Of a stretch of 64,000 nucleotides of DNA, positions 1-11,639 are shown piece after piece (position 1 is the stretch's first letter; every line of letters begins with the position of its first letter). The notes below the pieces were generated by a model. The model was not told the origin of the DNA and did no database searches. It saw only the letters and a program-made list of their open reading frames with translations. Both the position numbers and the translations under genes were made by a program. The stretch spans positions 22,238,880 through 22,302,879 of the forward strand of contig CM091797.1 of assembly GCA_043290085.1 (NCBI GenBank), read 5' to 3'. Source of the stretch: Rhynchocyon petersi. Its lineage: Eukaryota.

Positions 1-229
1 GAACAACAACAGCACAAACTTCAAACTCAGTAATGTCTTAAACTCAGCTCATTATGTATGGTCCTGTTTCCCCAACCACAAGCCTCCCTGAAACGTACTC
101 CTTGGCACTTGGAAATCCCCCTCATTTCTCAGATGGCAGCTCCATCCACCATCTCTCCCACAGTCAGACTTTGGATTCCTCCTGGGGGGCACAAAAGGAA
201 ACCGTTTCAACCTCAGGGCCATAGCGAAG

Positions 230-930
230 TGGCTCAAGGTCCAGTGACAGTCCCCACTAGGGGCGCGGGGCGCGCGCGGTCCGGGGGCGCGGCCTCGGAG
301 CGCGGGGCGCGGCCTCGGAGCGCGGGGCGCGGCCTCGGAGCGCGGGGCGCGGCCTCGGAGCGCGGGGCGCGGCCTCGGAGCGCGGGGCGCGGCCGGGCAG
401 GGTAGAGTTGCCGTAGAGCTCGGCAGAGTTGCGGCCAGGGCGGAGGTCCTGGAGCGGAGGCCCGGAGCGGAGAGGTCCGGAGCTTTGCTCTCAGCCAGGT
501 GCGTGGGGCCCGGGCCCCGGCCTTGCGTCTGGGTGGGACTCGGGCGCACTCTCCGCCCGCGCTGCTGGTAGGACGACACCTGTCTAGTTTCTCGGGTTGG
601 AAACAGCCCCGCCGTGCTTCCGTGTGGCGCGCTTCCTCCTGCCATTCCCTGTCCGCAGTTTGGGGGCCTGTAGGCGTCGCACCGAGCCGGGTGGCGAGTG
701 CGCAGCAAGCTCGGCTGCTCAGCTCGGGTCAGCTACTGGAAGCCACCAGCTGCTCCCGGGAGGGAGGTGGGCAGTTACATACAGATTTGCAGCCCCGGAA
801 ACCCACGGTGGCCTCTGGAACTTGGTGGGGTCGGTGTGGGGTTCCGCGACCTCCGGGAACTTGCACGGGCGGCCCGGGGACTTCCTCTTTAGAGAACTGG
901 CGCTGGTGTCAGCAGGATGAAATGCCTGCT
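230..930 (+). promoter_or_regulatory. PARP4: CpG island, the putative PARP4 promoter and non-coding first exon (exact TSS and donor not resolved). A candidate exon-1 donor 'cag|gtgcgt' lies near 497.
   Basis: Very high GC and CpG density (cgcg runs) that contrasts with AT-rich flanks. It lies ~8.6 kb upstream of the ATG-containing exon on the same strand. Human PARP4 likewise has a non-coding exon 1. Confidence 0.5.
281..400. repeat. 20-bp GC-rich tandem minisatellite (gcgcggggcgcggcctcggagc) x6 inside the CpG island
   Basis: Six perfect contiguous copies are visible directly. The ORF track shows the matching periodic peptides (…SERGARPRSAGRG… / …APRPRPALRGR…). Confidence 0.9.
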
Positions 931-1228
931 TTCTGAGCTAACTCTCTTCTGAGAGCTGGATTTGAAAGGAAACTTGTACAAGTGTGATGTTTTGATGAAT
1001 GATCAGGAGATGGCGTCGGACAATTGGCGAACAGTTGGGAAAACAGCAAGGAGGCCTTCTAGGTGCAGTCGAGATCCACAGTTGAAAAGCGTCTCTGCCA
1101 GGAACAGTGTGTGACTCACCTCTGGCTGGGACTCAACCCTGGGGCTGGACTTACCGGAAAAACTCAGCTTAGCCGGGTGTCAAGCCTAAGCACTGGACAG
1201 CAGAACCGCAATAAATACATTAAAACAG

Positions 1229-1700
1229 TCACAATGTGAGTGTATAAAGTCCTAGTGGTACAGTAGCTATCAAGGCACTGGCTGTTCTCCATAGTGGTTG
1301 TACCATCTTGCATTCCCACCAGCAGTGCAAGAGAGTTCCGACCTTTTCACACCCTCGCCAGCATCTATTGTTTGCTGTTGTGTTAAACTTTGCTATTGTT
1401 GCTGGGGTGAGGTGGTATCTCATTGTTGTTTTGATTTGTATCTCTCTGATTGCTAGTGATTTTGAGCACTTCCTCATGTGCTTGTTGGCCATTTGTATGT
1501 CCTCTTCAGTGAAATGCCTCTTCCTATCATTTGCCCACTTGGTTATTGGGTTAACTTCATTTTTCTTGTGTAGGTCCTGAAGTACTCTGTATATCCTTGT
1601 TATGAGTCCCCTGTCTGAGATATCATTGCCAAATATTTTCTCCCAGTCTGTGCATTCTCTCAAATACCATTTGACCCAGCTATTGCTCTCTGGGAATCTA
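1229..1700 (-). mobile_element. L1 (LINE-1) ORF2 C-terminal fragment, the inverted segment of a twin-primed insertion
   Basis: The minus-strand ORF has the L1 ORF2 C-terminal signature (…[30 protein letters not shown]…[25 protein letters not shown]…). Confidence 0.75.
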
Positions 1701-2236
1701 TCCTAAAGAAATTAGAGATGGAGTACAAAGAGATATCTGTACACCAATGTTCATCGCAGCACTATCCACAATAGCAAAGAATTGGAAGCAACCCAAATGC
1801 CCATCAACAAATGAATGGGTGGAGAAGTTGTGGTACATCCACACAATGGGATACTATGCAGCTTTAAAAAACAATGATCAATTCTTCAAATATTGTACAA
1901 CCTGGTCTAGGTTAGAGGATATTATGATAAGCAAGCTATCTCAGTCACACAAGGACAAGTACTGCATAGGTCCACTATTGTGAGACTGGGGAGATGGGAG
2001 ATGAAGGGGTTTAGGAAGGGGGATCAATTTTTTGGTTTTTTTGTTTGTGTTTTTGTTTGTTTATTTGCCTTTGCTTTTTTATGATGATATGCTTGTTTGG
2101 TATTTGGGTGGTTTGATTTATTTGTTGCTGTATGTTTATTTTTATTCTGTTGTTTTTGAGGGTATGGGGTTTGTTTTGTTTGGGGGGAGGAGAGGGTGTT
2201 TAAAAAAATTAAAATAAAAACAACTTAAAAAAAAAA
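1700..2236 (+). mobile_element. L1 3' end (ORF2 extreme C-terminus plus 3'UTR) with an A-rich tail
   Basis: The plus-strand ORF (…NEWVEKLWYIHTMGYYAALKNND…) is the L1 ORF2 end. It is followed by T/G-rich 3'UTR and poly-A at ~2196-2236. Confidence 0.7.
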
Positions 2237-2526
2237 AGGCACTGGCTGTTAACCAAAAGCTGGGTAGCTGGAACCCACCAGCCTCCCCTGGGAAGCCAAA
2301 TGTGTCAGTGTACCTCGCTGAGATTGGAACTACCTGCAAGTAGTTCCACTTTGTCCCGTGAATTGCTGTGTCTGAAACTTCTCCAAGCCATCGTGGCTTC
2401 TGTTTTGCCTTTTTGAAAAGTCTTCCATTGCATTTGACTAGATTCAGTAAGAAATACCGTCTGTGGATCATGGCGTCGGTAGTGTAACACCGGCTGATGA
2501 CTTTGCCTCTTATGGATTTCCCGGCC

Positions 2527-2735
2527 CCCTGAGCAGCTGGCATGGCCTAGTGGTAAGAAGCTGCGCTGCCAACACAGACACAAGCGGGTCAAATCCGACA
2601 GCCACTGCACGGGAGAAAGAGTGGCATCAACTCCCGTGTGCTATACTGCCGTGTGCTATACTGGAAACCCACAGGAGGGTCACTATGAGTCGATTACAAC
2701 TGGACGGTACCCCATCATCATCATTGGTGGGGTAC
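2527..2735 (+). mobile_element. tRNA-derived SINE with an RTE-type tail (AfroSINE-like), full length
   Basis: tRNA-like head 'ggcctagtggtaag..gctgcgctgccaac…' and tail '…gggtcactatgagtcgattacaactggacggtacc'. Confidence 0.8.
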
Positions 2736-2830
2736 TATCGAGTCGTGAACGACTCATAGTGACCCTTCCAAGGGTTTCCCGGAGGCAGTATCTCGCATGG
2801 GAGGGGAAGCCACTCTTATAGTGACCCACC
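2736..2830 (-). mobile_element. Truncated SINE tail fragment, directly abutting the previous SINE in inverted orientation
   Basis: 'ggtactatcgagtcgtgaacgactcatagtgaccc…' is the reverse complement of the SINE tail. Confidence 0.7.
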
Positions 2831-3159
2831 ATTATATTTGAACTGCCAGCCTTTCCATCTTCAGGGAGCTCTAAGACAATTGGGGGGGGGGTTGCGGTGG
2901 GAGAGGGAACATAGTTCATAGGGAGTTGCATTTACTAACCTAAAAGTGGTGCCGCTTGGCCACTTCAAAGATGAGTAGTCCCCTCCCTTTTATACCTCTG
3001 ATTTATGTTGTTAGGTACCCTCGTGTCCAGAGCGACTCACAGCTGACCCTCTGGCAGGTAGTCAGAGGTGTTTAATCAGGACTGACTCATAGTGTTGAAG
3101 TAGTTGAAAATAGTTATTTAAAAAGAGGAAGGCACTGGTGGCCATAAGCCTTTTGTTTT

Positions 3160-3860
3160 TAGTTGGTGTTAGGTGCCATTGAGTTGGTTGCCACTCAGCA
3201 ACCTTCTGTACACCAGAGTGAAGCCCTGTACCATCTTCCTAATTTCTGCAATCATTCCATCAGTCCTTTTCATTCTGGGTCTTCCTCTCATTCACTCATA
3301 CTCTACTTTTCCAAGGTTGATGTCTTCACCTTTTCAGGGACTGATTCTCCTGAAAGTATGGACAAAGTATGTGAGATGAGGTCTCAACCATTCTTGCTTC
3401 TAAGAAGCACCCTAGTTACAATTCCTCCAAGACAGATTTCTTTGTTCTTTTGGCGGTTCAGGGTACAGTCAGTACTCTTCACGAACACCACAATTCAAAG
3501 GCATCAGTTCTCCTTCAGTCTTTCTTATTCATTGTCCAATTTTAATCTTCATATGAAAAAATTAAACACACTATGAAAAAAAATTTAAAAACCAAAAAAC
3601 ACTGTGGCTTGGATCAGGCATTCCTTAATCTTTAAAGTGACATCCTTGCGGTTCAGCACTTTAAAGAGGTCTCTATTTGCCCAGTGCAATATGTAGTATG
3701 AGTTCTTAATTGCTGCTTCCATGAGTGTCGGTTGTGGATCCAAGTAAAATGAAATCATTGTCAGCTTTTCTCTTATTTAGGATAGGCTTGCAGTGTTGAC
3801 TCCAATACACACCTTTGAGGGGAAAACAATCTCCTTGGAAGATGTGAAAACTGTGTTAAT
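3160..3860 (-). mobile_element. RTE (BovB-like) non-LTR retrotransposon 3'-region fragments
   Basis: Nucleotide similarity to the minus-strand RTE copy at 6660-7300 (…gcaatcattccatcagtcc… / …gatccaagtaaaatgaaatcattg…). Confidence 0.55.
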
Positions 3861-3894
3861 AGGACCCCCTATGTTTTGAAATAAATTTACTGTC

Positions 3895-4615
3895 ACTATG
3901 CACTTCAATCTGAAATACGGATTGTGACTGAACCTCAGGAAAACCAAGATCCTTCACACAGGGCTGGTAGGAGAAATAACGGTTGATGGAGAGAAAGTTG
4001 AAACTGTCAGTGATTTTATATTGCTTGGATTCACAGTCAACACCCTTGACACTAGCCGTCAGGAGATCAAAAGACGTATTACGTTGGGAAAGGTTGCGGT
4101 TAGAGACCTTGCCAAGGTTCTGAAGAGTAATGATGTCAGTTTGAGGACAAAGGTGCATCTGATCCAAACTATGGTCTTCTCAGTCACTACACATGCATCT
4201 GAAAGTTGGACGATGACTAGGGGCGACAGAAGAAGAACTGATGCTTTTGAGCTGTGGTGTTGGAGAAGAGTGCTCAATATTCCATGGATGGCCAGGAAGA
4301 CAAACAGATATGTCCTGGAGAGGGTCCAACTGTAGTGCTCCTTGGAGGCAAGAGTGGCAAAGCTCTGCTTACATACTTTGGATATGTTGCTAGGAGGGAC
4401 TGGTCCCTGGAGAGGGACATCATGTTTGGAAAAGTGGATGATAGGAGAGGGGGAAGCAGACCCCCAACAAGATGGTTGGACACCCTTGCTGTGGCGATGG
4501 GCACGAGTGTGTCAGGGTTGGTGACAATGGCACAGGATAGGGGACATTTCAAGTCTGTGGTTTATAGGGTCGCAGTGAGTCGTTGTCAACTTGATGGCAC
4601 ATAACAACAATGACA
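3895..4615 (+). mobile_element. RTE C-terminal RT/3' fragment with the characteristic tail
   Basis: ORF 4021-4335 (…RTKVHLIQTMVFSVTTHASESWTMT…ELWCWRRVLNIPWMARKTNRYVLERVQL) is RTE-type. It ends '…gatggcacataacaacaatg'. Confidence 0.8.
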
Positions 4616-4624
4616 ATATGCACT

Positions 4625-5760
4625 TCAAAGCAAAGAATACCAGAAGAATGTCTACTTATGTTTCATTGATTATGCAAAGGCATTTGATTGTATAGATCAC
4701 AGCAAACTATGGCTACATTGAGGAAGATGAGAATTCCACAACACTTATTTATACTCATGCAAAATCTATACCTAGATCAAGAAGCCGTGGTCCAAACAGA
4801 GTATGGGAATACTGCATGGTTCAAAATCAAGAAAGGAGTATCTCAGGGCTGTATCCTATCCCCATACCTATTCAATCTGTATGCAGAACAAACGATTCAG
4901 GAAGCAGGACTCTAAGAAGAAGAGGGTGGCATAAGGATTGGAGCAAGATGCATCAACCGCTTGTGATAGGAAGATGATACAACCCTGCTTGCTGAGAGTG
5001 AAGAAGACTTGAAAATTATGCTGCAGAAGCTAAAGGACTGCAGTCTTAAATATGGATTGCGGTTGAACCTCAAGAAAACCAAGATTCTCATTTCAGGGCT
5101 AATAGGTGATATGATCGATGGAGAAAGGATTGGAATTGTCAGTGATTTCATCCTACTTGGATCCACAGTTAACTCCCTTAGCTCCAGTACTCAAGAAATC
5201 AAAAGATGCATCACATTGGGAAAGGCTGCTGTTAGAGACCGCTCCAAAGTACTGAAGAGTAATGATGTCAGTCTGAAGACAAAGGTACTCCGATCCAAAC
5301 CATGGTCTTCTCAATCATTAGCCGTGCATGTGAAAGTTGGATGATGATTAGGAATGACAGACAAAGAATTGATGCCTTTGAGCTGTGGTGTTGGAGAAAA
5401 GTGCTCAATATCCCATGGATGGCCAAGAGAACAAACAAGTATGTCGTGGAGAGAGTCCAGCCAGAGTGCTCCTTGGAGGCAAGGATGGTGAAACTTCGTC
5501 TCACGTATTTTGGACATGTTATGAGAGGCCAGTCCCTGGAAAAGGACATCATGCTTGGAAAGGTGGAGGGTCAGAGAAATAGAGGCAGACCCTGGGCTAG
5601 ATGGATGGACACAGTGACTTCAGCGATGGGTGCAAGTGTGTCAGGGATGGTGAGAATGGCGCAGGACATGGCGTGTTTTAGGTCTAGTGTTCATAGGGAC
5701 TCTGTAAATTGTTTTTTACTTGATGGCACATAACAACAACAACAACAACATGCATTTTTA
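4625..5760 (+). mobile_element. RTE reverse-transcriptase to 3' end fragment, frameshifted
   Basis: The ORFs carry RT motifs (…QGCILSPYLFNLYAEQ… / …ELWCWRKVLNIPWMAKRTNKYVVERVQPECSLEAR…) and the tail '(caa)n'. Confidence 0.8.
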
Positions 5761-6654
5761 GCTGCACTGCCAATCCAAAGGCACGTAGTTCCTATCTGCC
5801 AGCTGCTCCATGGGAAGAAAGAGTGGTGTCAACTGCCACGCAATTTACTGCCTCTGACAACCCACTGGTGGATCAGCTCTAAGTTGGTCCCAACTCAACA
5901 GTACCTAACAACATGCATTTTACAGCTTACTTTGGGAAGTTTTGTCAGAGAAAACACAAATAACTACTAGGAATTCTGCCTAATATCTTTGCTAGTTCAT
6001 GGTTAACCAAGAAACATTTCTTATTATTTGAAATAGGCATCATTTTCTTGGAACAAATTCTTTTCTACATGTGAGACTATATGCTCATGGTAAACTATAC
6101 TGACTTTGAATATATTCTAGTATGTGTATCTTTCTATTTAAACGTTGTTGTTATGTGTTGTTGAGTCAGAACCAACTTGTACTTGACCCTCAACAGTTGG
6201 TTGTATTAGGTATTGTGGACTGACCCTCTGATGGGTTGTTAGAGGCAGTTAATCACATGGAAGTTGATGCCATTCTTTCTCCCATGGAGCAGCTGGCAGT
6301 CTCGAACTGCATGCCTCTGGGTTGGCAGTACAGTTCCTTATCACTAGGCCATCAGTGCTTGATTTTATTATTGTTCAGTTTTTATCCAGAATGGCATAAA
6401 AGAAGCCCACATAACTAACTAATGAGAAAGGTTCCCCCAAAAATTTATATAAAAATTATACTTAAAAATCCGTGGTTTCCATATCACTTAATGGTAAGTT
6501 TTTGTTTAGAAGCACATGACTGTTTAGCCTTGAGCTATATATTCTACCCTGGAATCTGTCATCTTTTTTATATCATATATATTTTGAGTTCATACAAAGG
6601 AATTTTTGGTATCATCATGTCTGCAATAAAAGCTAAAAATTATTCTAAAAGCAA

Positions 6655-9430
6655 TGTTGTTGTTGTTATATGCCATCGAGTCGAGGACGACTCATAGTGA
6701 CCCTATGAACCACAGACCTAAAATGTCCTCTATCCTGTGCCATCCTCACTAACCCTGACACACTGGCACCCATCGCTGCAGTAACTGTGTCCAACCATCT
6801 TGTTGGGGGTCTGCACCTCCTTCTTTTACCCTCCCCCTTCCCAAACATAATGTCTTTCTCCAGGGACCTGTCCCTCCTAGCAACATGTCCGAAATATGCG
6901 AGGTGGAGCTTTGTCACCCTTGCCTCCAAGGAGAACTCTGGTTGGACCCTCTCCAGAAAATATCTGTTTGTCTTCCTGGCCATCCATGGAATATTGAGCA
7001 CTCTTCTCCAACACCACGGCTCAAAGGCATCAACTCTTCTATCTTCCCTAGTCATTGTCCAACTTTCAGATGCATGCGTGATGATCGAGAAGACCGTAGT
7101 TTGAATCAGATGCACCTTTGTCCTTAGACTTACATCATTATTCTTCAGAACCTTGGCATGGTCTCTAACCATGATCTTTCCCAATGTGATACGTCTTTTG
7201 ATCTCCTGGCTGCTGCCGCCAAGGGTATTGACTGTGGATCCAAGCAGTATAAAATCACTGACAGTTTCGATTTTCTCTCCATCAATCATGATATCCCCTA
7301 TTGGCCATATGGTAAGGATCTTGGTCTTCTTGCGGTTCAGCTGTAATCCGTATTTCAGACTGCATTCCTTGAGTTTCTGCAGCACAGCCTTCAAGTCTTC
7401 CTCACTTTCAACAAGCAATGTTGTATCATCTGCATATCGCAAGTTATTGATGCACCTTCCTCCAATTCTGATGCCACGTTCTTCCTCATAGAGTTCTGCT
7501 TCCCAAATAATCTGTTCCGCATAAAGATTGAATAGATAGGGGGAGAGGACGCAGCCCTGCCACACACCTTTTCTGACCTTGAACCATGCAGTGTTCCCAT
7601 GCTCTGTTCTTACCACAGCTTCTTGGTCTAGGTACAAATTTCTCATAAGCACGATCAAGTGTTCTGGGATTCCCATCTTCCTCAAGGTTAGCCACAGTTT
7701 GTTGTGATCCACACAATCAAATGCCTTTGCATAATCTATGAAGCACAGATATACATTCTTCTGTTATTCTTTGCTTTGAACCAGGATCCATCTGACATCT
7801 GCAATGATGTCTCTAGTGCCCCGGCCCCTTCTGAACCCAGCCTGGCTTTCTGGAAGTTTTCTCTCAATGTGTTGCTCCAGTTGTTTTTGGATAACCCTCA
7901 AAATAACTTTGTTTGCATGTGATATCAGTGATATAGTTCAGTAATTTCCACATTCTTTTGGATCGCCTCTTTTAGGGATTGGGACAAATATGGATCTTTT
8001 CCAATCAGTTGGCCAGGTGGTTGTCCTCCAAATTTCTTGGCACAGCGTGGTGAGCACATTTAGGGCTGCATCTGTTTGTTGAACTAGGTCTGTAGCTATG
8101 CCATCAATTCCAGGTGTCTTGTTTTTAGCTAATGTCCTCAGCACTGCTTCCACTTCCTCCCTCGTTACTGTTGGTTCTTGCTCATAGTCTACTTCCTGAA
8201 ATACTTCCATGTCATTCAGATCAGTACAGTGAATCTGTGTATGCCTTCCATCTTCTTTTGATGCTCCTTGGGTCATTCAATATCTTGCCAGAAATGTCTT
8301 TCAGTAGTGTTACTCGATTCTTGAACTTGTTCTTCAGCTCCTTCAACTTGAGAAATACTGAACAGGTTTGTCGCGACCACGAGGTTTTTCCTTGGACAAA
8401 ATCAGCACACCGACCTCCAGAAAGGTGTAGGCGAAAAGGGCAGGAATTTCCGGCCCTGCCGTTTTTATTCGTTTTGGGGGGGAGTGGTTTAGTGACGTCT
8501 TTTAATCATAAACAAGAGTGACTACTTCCTGTAACTCTCTCCAGAGTCTGCTCTACACACCGGAAAAACTCTGTGGTAAGACATAGTCGGCCAACTCATT
8601 AACTCTTTACAGGCTGGTATTACAAACAGAGCGTCATTAAATCTTATACCAGGAATCCTCAATATTTCTCAACTACTGCAAGGTTCTTCCATTTTTATTT
8701 TCCAGCTCCATTTCTTTGCACATTTCATTGTAGTACCTTGCCTTGTCTTCACGAGCGGCCCTTGGAAACTTTCCATTCAGAGCTCTTACATCCTCTTGTC
8801 TTCCCCTTGCTTTGGCTTCTTGTCACTCTATTGCAATCTTCAGAGTTTCTGCTGACATCCACTTAGGTCTCCTTTTCCATCGTTGTCTTTGTAAAGATCT
8901 TTTGCTTTCTTCATGAATGATATTCTTTATGACTTCCCACACCTCCTCTGGTCTTCGTTCAGTAGTGTTCAGTGCCTCAAACCTATTTCTGAGGTGGTCT
9001 TTGAATTCTGGTGAGGTAGCCTGAAGGTCATATTTTGGCTGTTATGGAACAATTTTGGTTTTCTTTGGCTTTAGCTTGAATTTGCAGAGAAGAAGTTGAT
9101 GATCTGTTCCACAGTCAGCTTCTGGCCTGGTCTTGACTGCTGCTATTGAGCTTCTCCACCTGTGCCTTCCACAGATATAGTCAATTTGGTTCCTGTGCTT
9201 TCCAAGTGTATAATCTCCGTTTGTGTCTTTTGAAGAAGGTGTTTGCAATGAATAAATAATTTATTGTGCAGAATTCGACCATTCTATCTCCAGCTTCATT
9301 TCTGTCACCAAGCCCATACTTTCCAACTACCATTCCTTCCTCTTTGTTTCCAACTTTTGCATTCCAGTCACCAATTATGAGCAGTGCATCCTGATTGCAA
9401 GTTTGGTCAACTTCAGCCTGTATATACTGG
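6655..9430 (-). mobile_element. Near full-length RTE (BovB-like) retrotransposon, ~2.8 kb, with EN, RT and 3' tail. It carries an intact 348-aa RT ORF.
   Basis: The minus-strand ORF 6666-7712 has the full RT motif set (…YADDTTLL…, …QGCVLSPYLFNLYAEQ…). Upstream ORFs 7938-8276 and 9042-9248 continue the same element. The reverse complement of ~9250-9400 encodes EN motifs (…LIIGDWNAKVG…). The 3' end carries the RTE tail and (caa)n at ~6655-6700. Confidence 0.85.
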
Positions 9431-9552
9431 AATTATGTTCATTTTTCTGTTTACATGTAGAACAGTTCCAAAGTCACTGTCCATTAGATTCACTAATAGA
9501 AGAGACCTTAAAAACTATGACTTGACATTTGCTTTTTGTTTGTTTTCTACAG

Positions 9553-9685
9553 GATGACTGTGGGAATCTTTGCAAATCGTACCTTTTGTTTGAAAGTCAA
9601 GTGTCTGCCTGGTCAGCAAAAGAAAAAGCTACAAACTGACATTAAGGAAAATGGGGGTACTTTTTCCTTTGCATTAAATCCCCAG
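9553..9685 (+). CDS. PARP4: PARP4 start-codon exon (ATG at 9554), encoding MTVGIFANRTFCLKVKCLPGQQKKKLQTDIKENGGTFSFALNPQ (BRCT domain N-terminus)
   Basis: Acceptor 'ttttctacag|g' and donor 'ccccag|gtatgt'. The peptide is near-identical to the human PARP4 N-terminus as I recall it (MVMGIFANCIFCLKVKYLPQQQKKKLQTDIKENGG…). Confidence 0.85.
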
Positions 9686-11639
9686 GTATGTGCCAATTTT
9701 ACAAGAACTGTATGATTTATATTCTGCATTATGGGAACATGATCAAGTTAAGAGGAGTGAGCAGAGGACATGTGTCAGTTGGAGAATTGTCATAGCTGTG
9801 ATATTTAATGATGTGGAAGTTGGGCCAGGGTGAGCCAGTAGAGAGAAGACTATCTTCTCGCTGTTTGAGTTTGTTGCAAGATAATTTAATATTATTAAAG
9901 TACAGCTGAAGATATAGAGAGAAATCATCTCAGGCTAGCCAAAAATGAAAGGAGAAAAGCCATAGGGCCCAGATTTTTTTAAAAAGATAGAGTCACTGGT
10001 CAAAATGCCAACTTGATTGGTTCTTTTTTCCCCTTTCTAAAATTGGTTTTCAGATATTCACACATTCATGTCATTCGTGTACATGAAGTCTCAAACAATA
10101 GGTTGTACTTGGTCAATGGATTCCATCCCTTTGTCCCCTCCAGTCCTCGTCTGTTCTTAATCCCCTTCCATCCATCTGTCAGTTTCTGCTGCTCTGGTCT
10201 TTGCTACACCCCCATCCTCCTTGCCTCTCACCCTTTCACTCTTTAAAGTGCTACTCACAGAGGGTTGTTGTTATTGCTACTCACCGAGGTTAGACCGAAT
10301 AATGTATGCTGGGAGCGGCCTTACCGGAAACTGTTTTGTTTAAGGTGGAAGGGAGCTACCTTCTGTTTCTTCAAATGAACTGTAGACCGAACAATTTAGA
10401 TCCAAGATTTAGCAAGTAGTTGAAATCATGAAAATAATCAATAAAATAATAAATCATAATCAATTAAAAAACCTTTTTAAACTGGTGGCGTGGTTTGTAA
10501 GGGGGTTGCACTGCTACCTCCATTTGAATCCGCCAGCTGCTCAGAGGTAGAAAGCTGGACAATCTCCCATGCCATTTACAACTTACAAAACATCTGGGGA
10601 GAGTCAGCTTTGGATAAGTTCTGACTTGATGATAAGGTGAGGTAAGAAGTGAAAATTGAAGTCTAGAAGTATTTTATAGAGCCAGGTAGGTTATCTGCCC
10701 TGCCCTGGAACATACACACACACACCCCCAGCCCTAGGAGGAGGGAACTGGTGGACAGTTTTGTCCTGCCTGGCAAAGTTGAAGTTCATGAATGTTCCAC
10801 TGGATGCTGGGTTTGCCTGTGTCATTTAGTTGGTGGTGATTCTGTGAATATCAGAATGAGAATGTTCTATTTACCTCTGGTTTAGGCAGAAGTGTGTACA
10901 GGAAATCCCTGGGTTAAGAACAAATCACTTTTGCACGACTACAGTTATGAACTAACCCTCGTAAAGCCAATCATACTAAAATTTGTTATTATGGTTCATA
11001 ATAACAAATCAGCGCTACTCTGTGATGCACACGCAGCTGTTATTCTTGCTAAATCTTTCTGTTGAAGATGCTGCAGTGTGTGTCTGAAAAGAAAAGGTTT
11101 CTTTCATGTTTTTATGCAAGAAAAGCCACGCACCATAGAGTGTGTCTACTAAGAAACAATTGACTAAAATGAGGTACAAGCAAATTGTTCCAATTTACCT
11201 ACAGATGCAATTCAAGGACAGATTTAGGAATTAAATTGGTTTTTAAACTGAAGATTGCCTGTCTATTTCTCTCATCTGGCCTCCTTCACTTATCTGTTCT
11301 TACCATTTGTGTGGATGGATAATTCCTATTATTCTGATCCTTACCTGTTAGGACTTTATTTTGTTGGTGGAGAATGCCAATATGATTTCCAATATTTTAG
11401 AACTCTTTACCCACCACCAGTGCAGTCTGTTTGGAAGTTTGCGTGCTAGCTATTATAAGGGGTTCTCCTGGCTCAGTGCATTATATGTGGCACTATTAAT
11501 CCAATGGTCAGTGGTTCAAATCCACCAACTGCTGTGCTGGAAAAAGATGGACAAATTCCTCCCATAAAAATGCATAGCCTTGGAAACTCACTGGAGGGGT
11601 GATATGAATCAGAACCAGTTTGGAGTTTTGTTTTGTTGT

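Noticed and set aside
281-400. CRISPR array, suggested by the regularly repeated 20-mer
   Set aside because: The units are contiguous with no spacers. The block lies in a mammalian CpG island and there are no cas genes. It is a minisatellite.
52-936. Long ORFs on both strands at the 5' end (218 aa on minus, 145 and 115 aa on plus)
   Set aside because: These are GC-rich, stop-poor sequence plus the tandem repeat. The peptides are low-complexity Arg/Pro/Ala/Gly runs with no recognisable domain. They are almost certainly non-coding promoter/5'UTR.
6787-7491. Antisense ORFs overlapping RTE copies (e.g. 6787-7104 +, 7153-7491 +, and similar pairs elsewhere)
   Set aside because: These are reading frames opposite to the RT ORF. 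The peptides are repetitive and low-complexity (…MSNHLVGGLxLLLLPSxFPNIMSFSRD…), and the same frames recur in every RTE copy. They are a by-product of codon bias in the sense ORF.
6666-7712. 348-aa ORF (and many other 100-200-aa ORFs with the same motifs across the window) as candidate novel protein-coding genes
   Set aside because: They carry reverse-transcriptase motifs (…QGCxLSPYLFNLYAEQ…, …YADDTTLL…, …ELWCWRRVLNIPWMA…). They recur as dozens of diverged copies on both strands, each ending in the same 3' tail as the SINEs. They are therefore RTE/BovB retrotransposon ORF2 copies, not host genes or a defence system.
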